Below are positions 1 through 8,839 of a DNA stretch of 30,271 nucleotides, piece by piece. The DNA comes from a virus (Duplodnaviria > Caudoviricetes): positions 1 to 30,271 of the IMG/VR virus record IMGVR_UViG_3300032233_001245; one strand, 5' to 3'. The notes below the pieces were generated by a model. That model worked only from the letters and a program-made list of their open reading frames with translations. It was not told where the DNA came from and ran no database searches. The stretch's first letter is position 1; the number at the start of each line of letters is the position of its first letter. The translations under genes were made by a program, and so were the position numbers.

Positions 1-213
1 GCTGCAACAGCATCGTTTGTTCAAAATGCACAAACTGCATCGTTTGTTGCTAATGCTCAATCTGCATCTAATGCAGTTTCAGCACAAACAGCATCGTTTG
101 TTGCTAATGCTCAATCTGCATCAAATGCAGTTACTGCTGCAACAGCATCATTTGTTGCTTTAGCACAAAGTGCATCAAATGCAGTTTCTGCTCAAACGGC
201 TTCATTCGCAAAC
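1..213 (+). repeat. Coding tandem repeat, 27/54-bp period (AQTASFVAN / AQSASNAVS)
   Basis: gcatcgtttgttgctaatgctcaatctgcatc occurs at 37 and 91 (54 bp apart), with degenerate copies on either side. Confidence 0.9.
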
Positions 214-1740
214 ACATTTACTGTAAACAGTACTTTAACGGCGCAGACATTGGTAGTGCAGACGATAACATCGAGTGTTGATTTCGTAACTGGTTCTACG
301 CGATTTGGATCTATATTAGGAAATACCCATCAATTTACTGGTAGTGTTAGTATTACTGGTTCTTTAACCTCAAACAACATAACAGCTACAGGTAATGTAT
401 TTGCTAATACAACCTTTCAAAATCAATTTCACTATTTTTATTCTTATGCCGGTACTGGAAATCAACAAATAGCCGTAATAGGATCTAATTCTTCAGTTAA
501 CGGAGGTTATTTAAAAATTATTAATGACAGTGCAGCAGGGGGTGTTAGAGGTATTAGATTAGGCATACACGGAAATGGAACACCACCTTCAAGTGGAACG
601 GACGTATTAACTATTGTTGATAGTGGTAATGTAGGTATTGGTACAGATACCCCATCATTTGGTAAATTATCAATAGTAGGCACGGATAACACAACAATAT
701 CTTCAACATTGTGGGGAACTTCAGCTGGAGCTGGTTTAGTAGCTTCTGTTTATAATGCTTCACAAACAGCTAATTCTGTTGCAGGTATTAGATTAATAAC
801 AAGAGATAGCGGTGCTTCTGTTTGGAATATTTATAATATTTCTAGAGGTGGTGATAATGGTGACTTAGCTTTTGGTAATGGAGCTGGTGGAGCAGGAACT
901 GAAAAAATAAGAATTCTAAATAATGGAGATATAGGAATAGGAACGAGTAGTCCTGCTAGTAGATTTCACATATCTGGTTCTGGAGCAAATACTCAAACTA
1001 TAAATCTACAAAGTAGTCTCAATAATGCAAATGCTTATATAGTACATACAAGCGGAAATAAATCATATGTTACTGGATTATCAGGAGATCAATCAAATTC
1101 ATACATAATTTACGACAATACGGCTTCAACTACTAGATTATCAATAGCATCAGGTGGTGATGCTACCTTCTCTGGAAATTTAGCTATAAATAATACTCTT
1201 AGTTCTCCTGGAAACTTAATAGAAACAGCTGGCTTAAATGTTTATTTAAGACCAGCTAGTGGATATAAAGTTTTTGTTGATACTGGAGATGGTTTAAATG
1301 TTAGTTCGGGTATAACAAATTTATCAAACTTAAGAACAAGTACTATATATAGTGAGTATACTAAAAATTTAACAGGTGCTTATAGTGCAGGAAATTATTA
1401 TGAAATAGTAAATTCATCACAGATGGTTTCTGGTGTTTATATATTAAAAGCCTATATTGATACTTATGCTATTGGTGGTGGAACTTATTTTATCACTTAT
1501 GTTTCTGTTCCTTTTTTCTTTTATACTGGAGGTACTAACAATACAGGTGCTCAAACCTTTCCAACAATGCTTGGTAGTGGGCATGCTGGGTACAATCCCC
1601 CTATTATTAGATTAAGATTATCATCCGGAAGTGGTGATGGTAAAACATATTTAGAATTTGACCCAAATGCTAGCTGGTCAAATTTAACCGGTGGTGGTGG
1701 TGCAACAGTAACATTTTATGTAAAAAGATTAGGAGATTAA
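1..1740 (+). CDS. Tail fibre-like virion protein, 5' end outside the window
   Basis: Frame 1 is open from base 1 (AATASFVQNAQTASFVANAQSASNAV...), so the 250 start in the ORF track is not the real start. Contains 9-aa Ala/Ser/Thr repeats, a TAQTLVVQT...HQFTGS module shared with the next gene, and repeated GNVGIGT-type fibre motifs (SGNVGIGTDTP, NGDIGIGTSSP). Confidence 0.8.
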   Translation, partial: AATASFVQNAQTASFVANAQSASNAVSAQTASFVANAQSASNAVTAATASFVALAQSASNAVSAQTASFANTFTVNSTLTAQTLVVQTITSSVDFVTGSTRFGSILGNTHQFTGSVSITGSLTSNNITATGNVFANTTFQNQFHYFYSYAGTGNQQIAVIGSNSSVNGGYLKIINDSAAGGVRGIRLGIHGNGTPPSSGTDVLTIVDSGNVGIGTDTPSFGKLSIVGTDNTTISSTLWGTSAGAGLVASVYNASQTANSVAGIRLITRDSGASVWNIYNISRGGDNGDLAFGNGAGGAGTEKIRILNNGDIGIGTSSPASRFHISGSGANTQTINLQSSLNNANAYIVHTSGNKSYVTGLSGDQSNSYIIYDNTASTTRLSIASGGDATFSGNLAINNTLSSPGNLIETAGLNVYLRPASGYKVFVDTGDGLNVSSGITNLSNLRTSTIYSEYTKNLTGAYSAGNYYEIVNSSQMVSGVYILKAYIDTYAIGGGTYFITYVSVPFFFYTGGTNNTGAQTFPTMLGSGHAGYNPPIIRLRLSSGSGDGKTYLEFDPNASWSNLTGGGGATVTFYVKRLGD

Positions 1741-1764
1741 AAATATTTATACAAAACATAACGA

Positions 1765-4725
1765 ATGAAAATAATAGGTGTCAACGTAACAGGCTCATTT
1801 ATACTAAATGGAGTAGACGTAACAACAACAGTACAATCATCTAGCATATGGTCTGGATCTGTAGCATCAAGCATTAATAGTTTAAATGTAGCTACTGCAT
1901 CAATCAACTCATCAATTTTATCATTGAATGCTACAACAGCATCTTTGAATACAGCTACATCATCGATTAATAGTTCAATTACCTCATTAAATGCTACAAC
2001 AGCGTCTTTAAATACGACAACGGCCTCTATCAATTCATCGATAGGATCGCTAAATGCAACAACAGCGTCTTTAAATACAACAACAGCCTCTATCAACTCA
2101 TCGATAGGATCATTAAATGCTACAACAGCGTCTTTAAATACGACAACGGCCTCTATTAACTTATCGATAGGATCATTAAATGCTACAACCGCCTCTTTAA
2201 ACACGATAACATCTAGTTTAAATAGTTCTGTTACAGCATTAAATGCTACAACATCCTCTTTATTAAGCTTTACTTCATCACAAGCATCATTAAATAGTGC
2301 TTTTGCAACAACAGGCTCAAATACATTTAATGGTACTCAAACATTATCTGGATCTCTTTTAACTTCAGGATCTATTACAGCAACAGGAACTATAACTGCA
2401 CAAACGTTAGTTGTACAAACTGTAACATCTAGTGTTAGTTTTATAACTGGCTCTACAAAATTTGGATCGTTAGGTATTAATAGTCATCAATTTACTGGTT
2501 CATTAAGTGTAACAGGTTCTTTAAGTTCAACTTCATTAACAGGATCTATTGCATATTCAAATTTAACAGGTGTACCTACATTAGTTTCAGGCTCATCTCA
2601 GATTATATACTCAAGCATTAGTTCAATACCTGCTGGTATTGTTTCAGGTTCAGCTCAAATCACTTATTCAGGAATTAGTTCAATACCTGCTGGTATTGTT
2701 TCAGGTTCTTCTCAAGTTACAGGAATTGGAAATTCACAATTAACAAATAGCACAATTTCAGGAATTGCTTTAGGTAGCAACTTAGCTACTTTAACTATAG
2801 GAACTGGTTTAAGTGGAACTTCATATAATGGTTCTGGAGCTGTTACTATTGCTAATACAATTACAAATAACAATCAGTTAACAAATGGTGCTGGGTATAT
2901 AACATCAGCTGGTACGGCAGCTGCTATTAATCAAACAATAACAGCAGGGTCTGAGGGCAACCTAGTCTTTGCCACCATAGGTACTAATGATTTTTTTAGA
3001 ATTAGAGCTGGTGGTGGTTTAAATGCTGGTTTTGTTGAAATTGCAACAGCAGATGATGGTACAGAACCTATCTATGTTAGACAATATACAGGTGAATTTG
3101 CATCATTAACAAGAACAGCTACATTATTAGATGGTAGTGGTAATACTTCATTCCCAGGAACAATTACTGCTGCTGGAGCAACATTTTCAAGTAATGTATA
3201 TTCAACATACAATACAGCAACTGGAATTGCTAATAATGCTTTTAACAATGCAAAAACAATTTTAGGAAATGTTCATATTCAAAATGGAGCAGGTACTACA
3301 GGAGATAATAAGCAAGCAGCTATTACTTTTCAAGGAGGAACTTCAACTGAAGCACAAGCAGGTATTTATGTTTCAAATAATAATAGTAGTGGCACTGCAA
3401 TGGGATTTGCTACTACCGACTCATATGCAACTGGCCCTCAGTTATTTATGACTGCTACTAATGGAGGTGTTGTAAATTTTCCAAGAGCAGTACCAACATA
3501 TGCTGGTACATCTTTAGTTTATAATAGTGGTACTTGGAGTATAAGTATTTCTGGTAATGCTGCAACTGCTACAACTGCTACAACTGCTACAACTGCTACT
3601 ACAGCAGCTAATTCAAATTTATTAAATTCAATATCAGCAGTTAATCTATATAACAATATGGCTGATAGTCATGGTACACGACAATCATTTGATGCCTCAA
3701 CTCCATCTGTTGGATTTGGCTATAGATATGTTCAAGGCTCAACTAATGGTCCTGGAACAGGTGGTAGCCAGTTTTATTCATGGTATATAGGATTGGGTGT
3801 TGACTATCCGGCAACTGGTGGTGGTTCATACGGTGCTATGTTTGCTGTAGATAGAAATACTAGTGGCCCTTATCTTTCAGTTAGATATAATGAAAATAAT
3901 AGTTTTAGTTCTTGGAGAAAAATATATGCTGGATATGCAGATAGTGCAGGAACTGCAACAACAGCAGGAAACATTACAGCATATACAATTAACCAAAGTG
4001 TTGGAACAGGTAATGCTCCAACATTTGCAGGACTAACAGTTAACAGTAACACAACAACAGGTACTGCAGCAGGTATTATAAATCTAGGAACAACAGGGGA
4101 TCCGGCCGATAATGCTAACTCAAGTGTAATTGGTATAACATGGGGACAAAGAGGAGATAGTAATCCATACTATATAGTTCGCTCTAACAAAATGACTTAT
4201 GGAGCTTATACTTATAATAGATTAGATTTATCATGGCATACTGGAATTCAGATGGGAGCTGCCACAACATATGGTGGAACTAGAATCTATAACAATTCTA
4301 CATTTCTTGGAACACAAATAGTATCTATTGGTGATGGTGATAATAAATTAAGATGTACAGATGATATAATAGCTTATGCTTCTGACAAACGTTTAAAAGA
4401 AAATATTACTAATATTCCAAATGCTTTAGATAAAGTTTTAAAAATAAATGGTGTTTATTTTGATTGGAAAGATCAAACTAAAGAATTAGGATTTGAACCA
4501 TCACAAAAACATGATGTGGGAGTTATAGCTCAAGAAATTCAAGCTATATTACCTGAAGTTGTAACATTAGCCCCGTTTGATTATGAGTTAGGAAAGTCAA
4601 AATCCGGTGAAAATTACTTAACTGTAAAATACGATAAAATTGTTCCATTATTAATTGAAGCAATTAAAGAACAACAAACACAAATCGAAGAACTTAAAAC
4701 CATAATCAATGGCCTTACCAAGTAG
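1765..4725 (+). CDS. Long tail fibre with C-terminal intramolecular chaperone (peptidase S74-type) domain
   Basis: N-terminal heptad repeats and a Gly/Ser/Thr-rich body. The C-terminus ASDKRLKENI...GVIAQEIQAILPEVV...YLTVKYDKIVPLLIEAIKEQQTQIEELK is the canonical S74 chaperone signature, with predicted cleavage at Ser codon 4381. Confidence 0.9.
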   Translation: MKIIGVNVTGSFILNGVDVTTTVQSSSIWSGSVASSINSLNVATASINSSILSLNATTASLNTATSSINSSITSLNATTASLNTTTASINSSIGSLNATTASLNTTTASINSSIGSLNATTASLNTTTASINLSIGSLNATTASLNTITSSLNSSVTALNATTSSLLSFTSSQASLNSAFATTGSNTFNGTQTLSGSLLTSGSITATGTITAQTLVVQTVTSSVSFITGSTKFGSLGINSHQFTGSLSVTGSLSSTSLTGSIAYSNLTGVPTLVSGSSQIIYSSISSIPAGIVSGSAQITYSGISSIPAGIVSGSSQVTGIGNSQLTNSTISGIALGSNLATLTIGTGLSGTSYNGSGAVTIANTITNNNQLTNGAGYITSAGTAAAINQTITAGSEGNLVFATIGTNDFFRIRAGGGLNAGFVEIATADDGTEPIYVRQYTGEFASLTRTATLLDGSGNTSFPGTITAAGATFSSNVYSTYNTATGIANNAFNNAKTILGNVHIQNGAGTTGDNKQAAITFQGGTSTEAQAGIYVSNNNSSGTAMGFATTDSYATGPQLFMTATNGGVVNFPRAVPTYAGTSLVYNSGTWSISISGNAATATTATTATTATTAANSNLLNSISAVNLYNNMADSHGTRQSFDASTPSVGFGYRYVQGSTNGPGTGGSQFYSWYIGLGVDYPATGGGSYGAMFAVDRNTSGPYLSVRYNENNSFSSWRKIYAGYADSAGTATTAGNITAYTINQSVGTGNAPTFAGLTVNSNTTTGTAAGIINLGTTGDPADNANSSVIGITWGQRGDSNPYYIVRSNKMTYGAYTYNRLDLSWHTGIQMGAATTYGGTRIYNNSTFLGTQIVSIGDGDNKLRCTDDIIAYASDKRLKENITNIPNALDKVLKINGVYFDWKDQTKELGFEPSQKHDVGVIAQEIQAILPEVVTLAPFDYELGKSKSGENYLTVKYDKIVPLLIEAIKEQQTQIEELKTIINGLTK
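1879..2262 (+). repeat. 63-bp (21-aa, three-heptad) tandem repeat SLNATTASLNTTTASINSSIG
   Basis: About 5-6 degenerate units. ttaaatgctacaacagcgtctttaaatacgacaacggcctctat is identical at 1987 and 2113 (2 x 63 bp apart). Confidence 0.9.
2617..2708 (+). repeat. 57-bp period direct repeat (ISSIPAGIVSGS) in tail fibre
   Basis: attagttcaatacctgctggtattgtttcaggttc is identical at 2617 and 2674; a degenerate third unit lies upstream. Confidence 0.9.
3563..3606 (+). repeat. 9-bp in-frame microrepeat (CAACTGCTA)n encoding an ATTATTATTATTA linker
   Basis: Four consecutive caactgcta units are visible from 3563. Confidence 0.9.
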
Positions 4726-5575
4726 TGGACCTTTAAGTATATCAGCAATTAGAGATGAACAGGTAAACAACGGTGGATTTGCATCATCATATAGCCTAAG
4801 ACAACTTAGTTCTAATGCTGGCAAATCATCACCAGATTCAATAAGTGAATTTTATGGATATAGTGCAGGAGGATCTTATTACAAATATGGCTCTCCATTC
4901 ATGTTATTTGATTTTGCATCTACTACAGATTACTCTAATTCAGGAACAGCAATTAAAGACTTAAGTGGAAACGCAAATGATGGTGTGTTTGTAGATGGAA
5001 CCTATAAAGGAAATCCAACAACAGTAAATGGATATTCAGCAACAGCTCCAGGCACTTTAAGTGTTTCATCTCAATATTCTGTAAGACTTGTTAATACAGC
5101 TCAGTTTACAGGAACACAAGCCCACACAATGGTAGCTTGGGTTAGACTTACTGACCACAATGGTGGTACTTACCCAGGTATATTCTCCTCAGATCAAAAT
5201 CCTTATGGTTGGCAAATAACTCTATCTGGCGAATCTCCTAAAAGATTCTTTGTAGAACGTTTTGGAGCAGGTGCTGTAGTTGCAAACTTTGGATCCGACT
5301 TACCTGCATTCGCTTACAATACCTGGTATATGACCTCTTTAAGATATGATGGTACTACATGTTCTATTGACATTTATATGGCCGGTACACGATATACATT
5401 CAGTGCAAACCTGGGTGGTATATCAACTCAAGATGTATTTGGTCCATCAATGGGTCTTCGTTATAATAACTGGATACATGGAGCTTTTGGTTATGCTGCT
5501 GGCTACACATCAGATATTGGAACTACAGGTATAGGTGCAATTTATAACGCTACAAAAGCAAGATACGGATATTAA
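4709..5575 (+). CDS. Putative fibre-tip adhesin with concanavalin A/LamG-like lectin domain
   Basis: Overlaps the fibre stop codon. Short N-terminal MALPSSGPLSISAI...SISEFYGY module, then LamG-like hallmarks (KDLSGNAND, HTMVAWV, NTWYMTSLRYDGT, IYNATKARYG). Confidence 0.65.
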   Translation: MALPSSGPLSISAIRDEQVNNGGFASSYSLRQLSSNAGKSSPDSISEFYGYSAGGSYYKYGSPFMLFDFASTTDYSNSGTAIKDLSGNANDGVFVDGTYKGNPTTVNGYSATAPGTLSVSSQYSVRLVNTAQFTGTQAHTMVAWVRLTDHNGGTYPGIFSSDQNPYGWQITLSGESPKRFFVERFGAGAVVANFGSDLPAFAYNTWYMTSLRYDGTTCSIDIYMAGTRYTFSANLGGISTQDVFGPSMGLRYNNWIHGAFGYAAGYTSDIGTTGIGAIYNATKARYGY

Positions 5576-5585
5576 AAATAATAAT

Positions 5586-5750
5586 ATGATAACAATTAAT
5601 TTAAACACTTTTAAAAACGCAATTAAGTTATTTGCAGCTATTGCATTAACTTACTTATTACTTAATTTAGCTAGCCAATCACGCATATCTGTGCCTACTA
5701 CTTATAAAATAGCAACAGAAGATTCAGTAATGGAAAACTTCTACCCATAA
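5586..5750 (+). CDS. Small hypothetical protein with one hydrophobic segment
   Basis: ATG at 5586 follows an A-rich leader and does not overlap the previous gene; hydrophobic stretch LFAAIALTYLLLNLA. Confidence 0.5.
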   Translation: MITINLNTFKNAIKLFAAIALTYLLLNLASQSRISVPTTYKIATEDSVMENFYP

Positions 5751-5752
5751 GC

Positions 5753-5785
5753 TTGGTTGTCTCATATCTCTTGTATATATTTATA
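5753..5785 (+). promoter_or_regulatory. Bacteroidota-type promoter (TTGG-N19-TATATTTA) overlapping an ATATTTATA motif
   Basis: TTGG 5753-5756 and TATATTTA 5776-5783; resembles the Bacteroidota -33 TTTG / -7 TAnnTTTG consensus. Confidence 0.6.
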
Positions 5786-5806
5786 TCAAACAAATAAACA
5801 AAAAAT

Positions 5807-6019
5807 ATGTTAGTATTAATTTCAATCATTGTTATTGCTGTAGTAGTTGCTTTAGTATATAACAACAACAAGAAAAAAATCGCCGAAACTATTGAAAAAG
5901 TTGAAGCAACAATCGCCCCAGCAGTTGAAGAAGTTAAAGAAGTAGTTGCTAAAGCTGAAACAGAAATCGCTAAAGCAAAAACTAAAAAAACAAACGCTCC
6001 TAAAAAAACAAAGAAGTAA
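5807..6019 (+). CDS. Small membrane-anchored protein with Lys-rich tail
   Basis: N-terminal transmembrane helix (LVLISIIVIAVVVALVY), helical body and basic C-terminus. Confidence 0.75.
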   Translation: MLVLISIIVIAVVVALVYNNNKKKIAETIEKVEATIAPAVEEVKEVVAKAETEIAKAKTKKTNAPKKTKK

Positions 6020-6022
6020 TTT

Positions 6023-6484
6023 ATGGAAAAAATCAGTTTAAAATTGTATGAATTCTATAACCTAGATTCAGAATTAAACGGTGTTACGAACCAACAAACC
6101 GGCGAGAAAGTTTCTGCTGGTTTATTAGCTGAAAAGTTAAAGTTAGCCGACAAGTATTGGTTAACAGAACTTGCTAAAAAAGCAACCGCTGAAAAAGCTG
6201 CTGTTGAGTCTTTGAAAGAAGAATTAATTAAGAAGCACGGCGAAGCTGACGAAACAGGTAACATCAGTATCCCAATGTACATCGACATCGTTAAAGATGA
6301 AGAAGGTAAAATTGTAGATGGCAAAAACAATCCAAAGTTCATTGAGTTCCAAAACGAATTCAATCTATTGTTACAAGAAGAAAAGGAATTAGAATATAAA
6401 CCATTTCAACTTAGTGCATTAGAAAACATTGAGTCAGATGGTAACTATCCTACATTCTTCAAATTAATAGAAGTAGGTGAATAA
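6023..6484 (+). CDS. Conserved helical phage protein of unknown function (DUF1617-like by appearance)
   Basis: Acidic helical protein with an ELIKKHG...EFQNEFNLLLQEE pattern; codon usage resembles the highly expressed genes (ATC, TTC, AAC). Confidence 0.7.
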   Translation: MEKISLKLYEFYNLDSELNGVTNQQTGEKVSAGLLAEKLKLADKYWLTELAKKATAEKAAVESLKEELIKKHGEADETGNISIPMYIDIVKDEEGKIVDGKNNPKFIEFQNEFNLLLQEEKELEYKPFQLSALENIESDGNYPTFFKLIEVGE

Positions 6485-6710
6485 ATTAGTTGAAATAGCG
6501 AAGGCGTGGATGGCTGCGGCCAATCCAACGCCTGAGCAAAAACTAATAGCTGAATATAGGGCAAGCGTCTGCGATGATTGTCCGAAAAAAGCTCACAATG
6601 AAACAATTGACTTGTATTATTGTGCTGAATGTGGATGTCCACTAAATAAAAAAATATTTTCGCCTGTTGAAGGCCCTAAAGCTTGCCCATTAGCTAAATG
6701 GGAAAAATAA
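6477..6710 (+). CDS. Small Cys-rich metal-binding protein
   Basis: RASVCDDCP...CAECGCPL...CPLAKW, six Cys residues. Confidence 0.75.
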   Translation: MNKLVEIAKAWMAAANPTPEQKLIAEYRASVCDDCPKKAHNETIDLYYCAECGCPLNKKIFSPVEGPKACPLAKWEK

Positions 6711-6713
6711 GTT

Positions 6714-6980
6714 ATGGCACAATTAACTCCAGAAGAATTACAGTCTATTAAAGACTTGCAAACTAAGTATGACCAAACCGTGTTCGAGTTGGGTTCATTA
6801 GAAGCGCAATTGATCGTATTTGAAACACAAATCGACAAGCTTAAAGAAGATAAACGAGGTTTAGTATCCGATCTTAACTCATTAGGTAAGAAAGAAGCGG
6901 AACTAATCAAAACGCTTCAAGAAAAATACGGCGAAGGCGCATTAAATCCTGAAACCGGAGAAATCACAGCTAACCAATAA
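6714..6980 (+). CDS. Small coiled-coil hypothetical protein
   Basis: Heptad Leu pattern; C-terminal KYGEGALNPETGEI. Confidence 0.75.
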   Translation: MAQLTPEELQSIKDLQTKYDQTVFELGSLEAQLIVFETQIDKLKEDKRGLVSDLNSLGKKEAELIKTLQEKYGEGALNPETGEITANQ

Positions 6981-7060
6981 TAGCTCCTGCGGTTTATAGT
7001 TGTTTTTTGATATTTATTATTAGGTCAATCCTATTAAATTTTCAAAAACAATAATATAAA

Positions 7061-8791
7061 ATGGCAGAAAAGATTTTATCTCCTGGTGTATTCCAAAACG
7101 AATCTGACCAATCATTAGTACAACAAGGTATTCAAGGTACATCAACAGCAATCGTTGGCCCTACAGTGTTAGGTCAACCATTCGTTCCTACCTATGTTAC
7201 TTCTTACAGTGAATATGCGTCAAAATTTGGAGAAACATTTAAAAGTGGTAGTTATTACTACGAATACTTCACATCTTTAGCCGCTAAGGATTTTTTCCAA
7301 AACGGTGGACAGACATTATTAGTAACTAGAATTATATCTAGCGGTAGTGCTAATATGAGTACTTACGCTAGTGCAACTATTCCAGCTGCAGTTAATACTA
7401 CATTATCATCTTCATTCCAGATTGAAACATTATCTTGGGGTGATGTAATGAACAACACATCTAGCATGTCTAGTGGTTCATTGGCAAGTGGTAGTGCAAT
7501 TAACGTACGTTGGGAAATTACGCAAGTAAACACAGGTAGCGGTACATTTACATTAGCTGTTCGCGCAGGTAATGATAATGCAGCTCAAACCACTTACTTA
7601 GAAACATTCAATAATCTATCATTAGATCCAGCACAACCTAACTATATAGCTCGTGTAATTGGTGATAATAAACCAGTTTACGCTTTAGATAGCGACGGTA
7701 CTCCAATGATTACTTCTACTGGTTCTTACGCTAATGCTTCTAGATATATTCGTGTTAAATCCGTAACAACACCTCAAATTGATTCAATAGACAATAACGG
7801 TAACTACAAAGGACTTCAATATAGTGGTTCATTACCTGTTGTAGGTAGTGGTTCTTATGGTGGTTCATTCGCAGGTGGAGTTGCTGCAACATCAGCTACT
7901 CAGTTAATGAACGAATCAATCACAACATCAAATGTACAAGGATTTGCTCCTGCTGATTATGTAGCTGCATTTACTTTATTAAATAACAGTGATGACTATC
8001 AATTTAATGTATTATTAGCTCCAGGTGTTAGCTTGGGTAACAGTGCAGTATCAACTATGATTTCTACTTGCGAAGGTAGAGGTGATGCTATTGCAATGGT
8101 AGATACAGCATTATATGGTTCAACAGTTACAGCTGCTGGTACAGCCGCTGCTGGTCAATCTAGCAACTACGCTGCTACTTACTGGCCTTGGATTCAATTA
8201 CAATCATCAGCATTAGGCAAAACTGTTTGGGCTCCATCTACAACAGTAATGGGTGGTGTATTAGCATTTAACGACCAAGTAGGTGCTGAATGGTTCGCTC
8301 CAGCAGGTTTAAACCGTGGTGGTGTTCCAAGTGTATTAAAAGCTGAAAGAAAATTATCTCAAAATGATCGTGATGTGTTATATGCTGCAAATGTTAACCC
8401 ATTAGCTACATTCCCAGGAAATGGTGTTGTAGTATTTGGTCAAAAGACATTACAACGTAAAGCAACAGCTTTAGATAGAGTAAATGTTCGTCGTTTATTA
8501 ATCTCATTAAAAGGATTTATTGGTCAAGTAGCTAATAACTTAGTATTTGAACAAAACACAACAATAACTCGTAATAGATTCTTATCTCAAGTAAACCCTT
8601 ACTTAGATTCAGTAGTACAAAAACAAGGTTTATACGCTTACAGAGTTGTAATGGATGACACAAACAACACAGCTGATGTAATCGATAGAAACCAATTAGT
8701 AGGTCAAATTTATATTCAACCAACTAAGACAGCTGAATTTATTGTATTAAACTTCAACGTATTACCTACCGGCGCTACATTCCCTGCATAA
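7061..8791 (+). CDS. Contractile tail sheath protein (T4 gp18-like)
   Basis: N-terminal LSPGVFQNE; C-terminal WFAPAGLNRG, NVNPLATFPG, FGQKTLQ, LDRVNVRRL, FEQN and IQPTKTAEFI sheath signatures. Confidence 0.97.
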   Translation: MAEKILSPGVFQNESDQSLVQQGIQGTSTAIVGPTVLGQPFVPTYVTSYSEYASKFGETFKSGSYYYEYFTSLAAKDFFQNGGQTLLVTRIISSGSANMSTYASATIPAAVNTTLSSSFQIETLSWGDVMNNTSSMSSGSLASGSAINVRWEITQVNTGSGTFTLAVRAGNDNAAQTTYLETFNNLSLDPAQPNYIARVIGDNKPVYALDSDGTPMITSTGSYANASRYIRVKSVTTPQIDSIDNNGNYKGLQYSGSLPVVGSGSYGGSFAGGVAATSATQLMNESITTSNVQGFAPADYVAAFTLLNNSDDYQFNVLLAPGVSLGNSAVSTMISTCEGRGDAIAMVDTALYGSTVTAAGTAAAGQSSNYAATYWPWIQLQSSALGKTVWAPSTTVMGGVLAFNDQVGAEWFAPAGLNRGGVPSVLKAERKLSQNDRDVLYAANVNPLATFPGNGVVVFGQKTLQRKATALDRVNVRRLLISLKGFIGQVANNLVFEQNTTITRNRFLSQVNPYLDSVVQKQGLYAYRVVMDDTNNTADVIDRNQLVGQIYIQPTKTAEFIVLNFNVLPTGATFPA

Positions 8792-8802
8792 GGGGATGTG
8801 GT
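8774..8802 (+). other. Stem-loop spanning the sheath stop codon
   Basis: GCTACATTCCCT-GCATA-AGGGGATGTGGT pairs with G-U wobbles; no U-tract follows. Confidence 0.45.
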
Positions 8803-8839
8803 TCCTAATATTTATTAATAGCAATTAAATTAACATAAA

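Noticed and set aside
1737-2204. 155-aa minus-strand ORF with a striking repeat (EAVVVFKDAVVAFNDPID)
   Set aside because: It is the antisense shadow of the 63-bp repeat in the fibre gene, with no independent signals.
238-2523. Diversity-generating retroelement TR/VR pair
   Set aside because: Differences between the two copies are not adenine-specific and are mostly synonymous, both copies are mid-gene, and no reverse transcriptase is present.
1-3606. CRISPR-like array
   Set aside because: The repeats are tandem, in-frame and protein-coding, with no unique spacers.
5586-6019. Holin or spanin call for the small membrane proteins
   Set aside because: There is no adjacent endolysin and no lipobox; hydrophobicity alone is insufficient.
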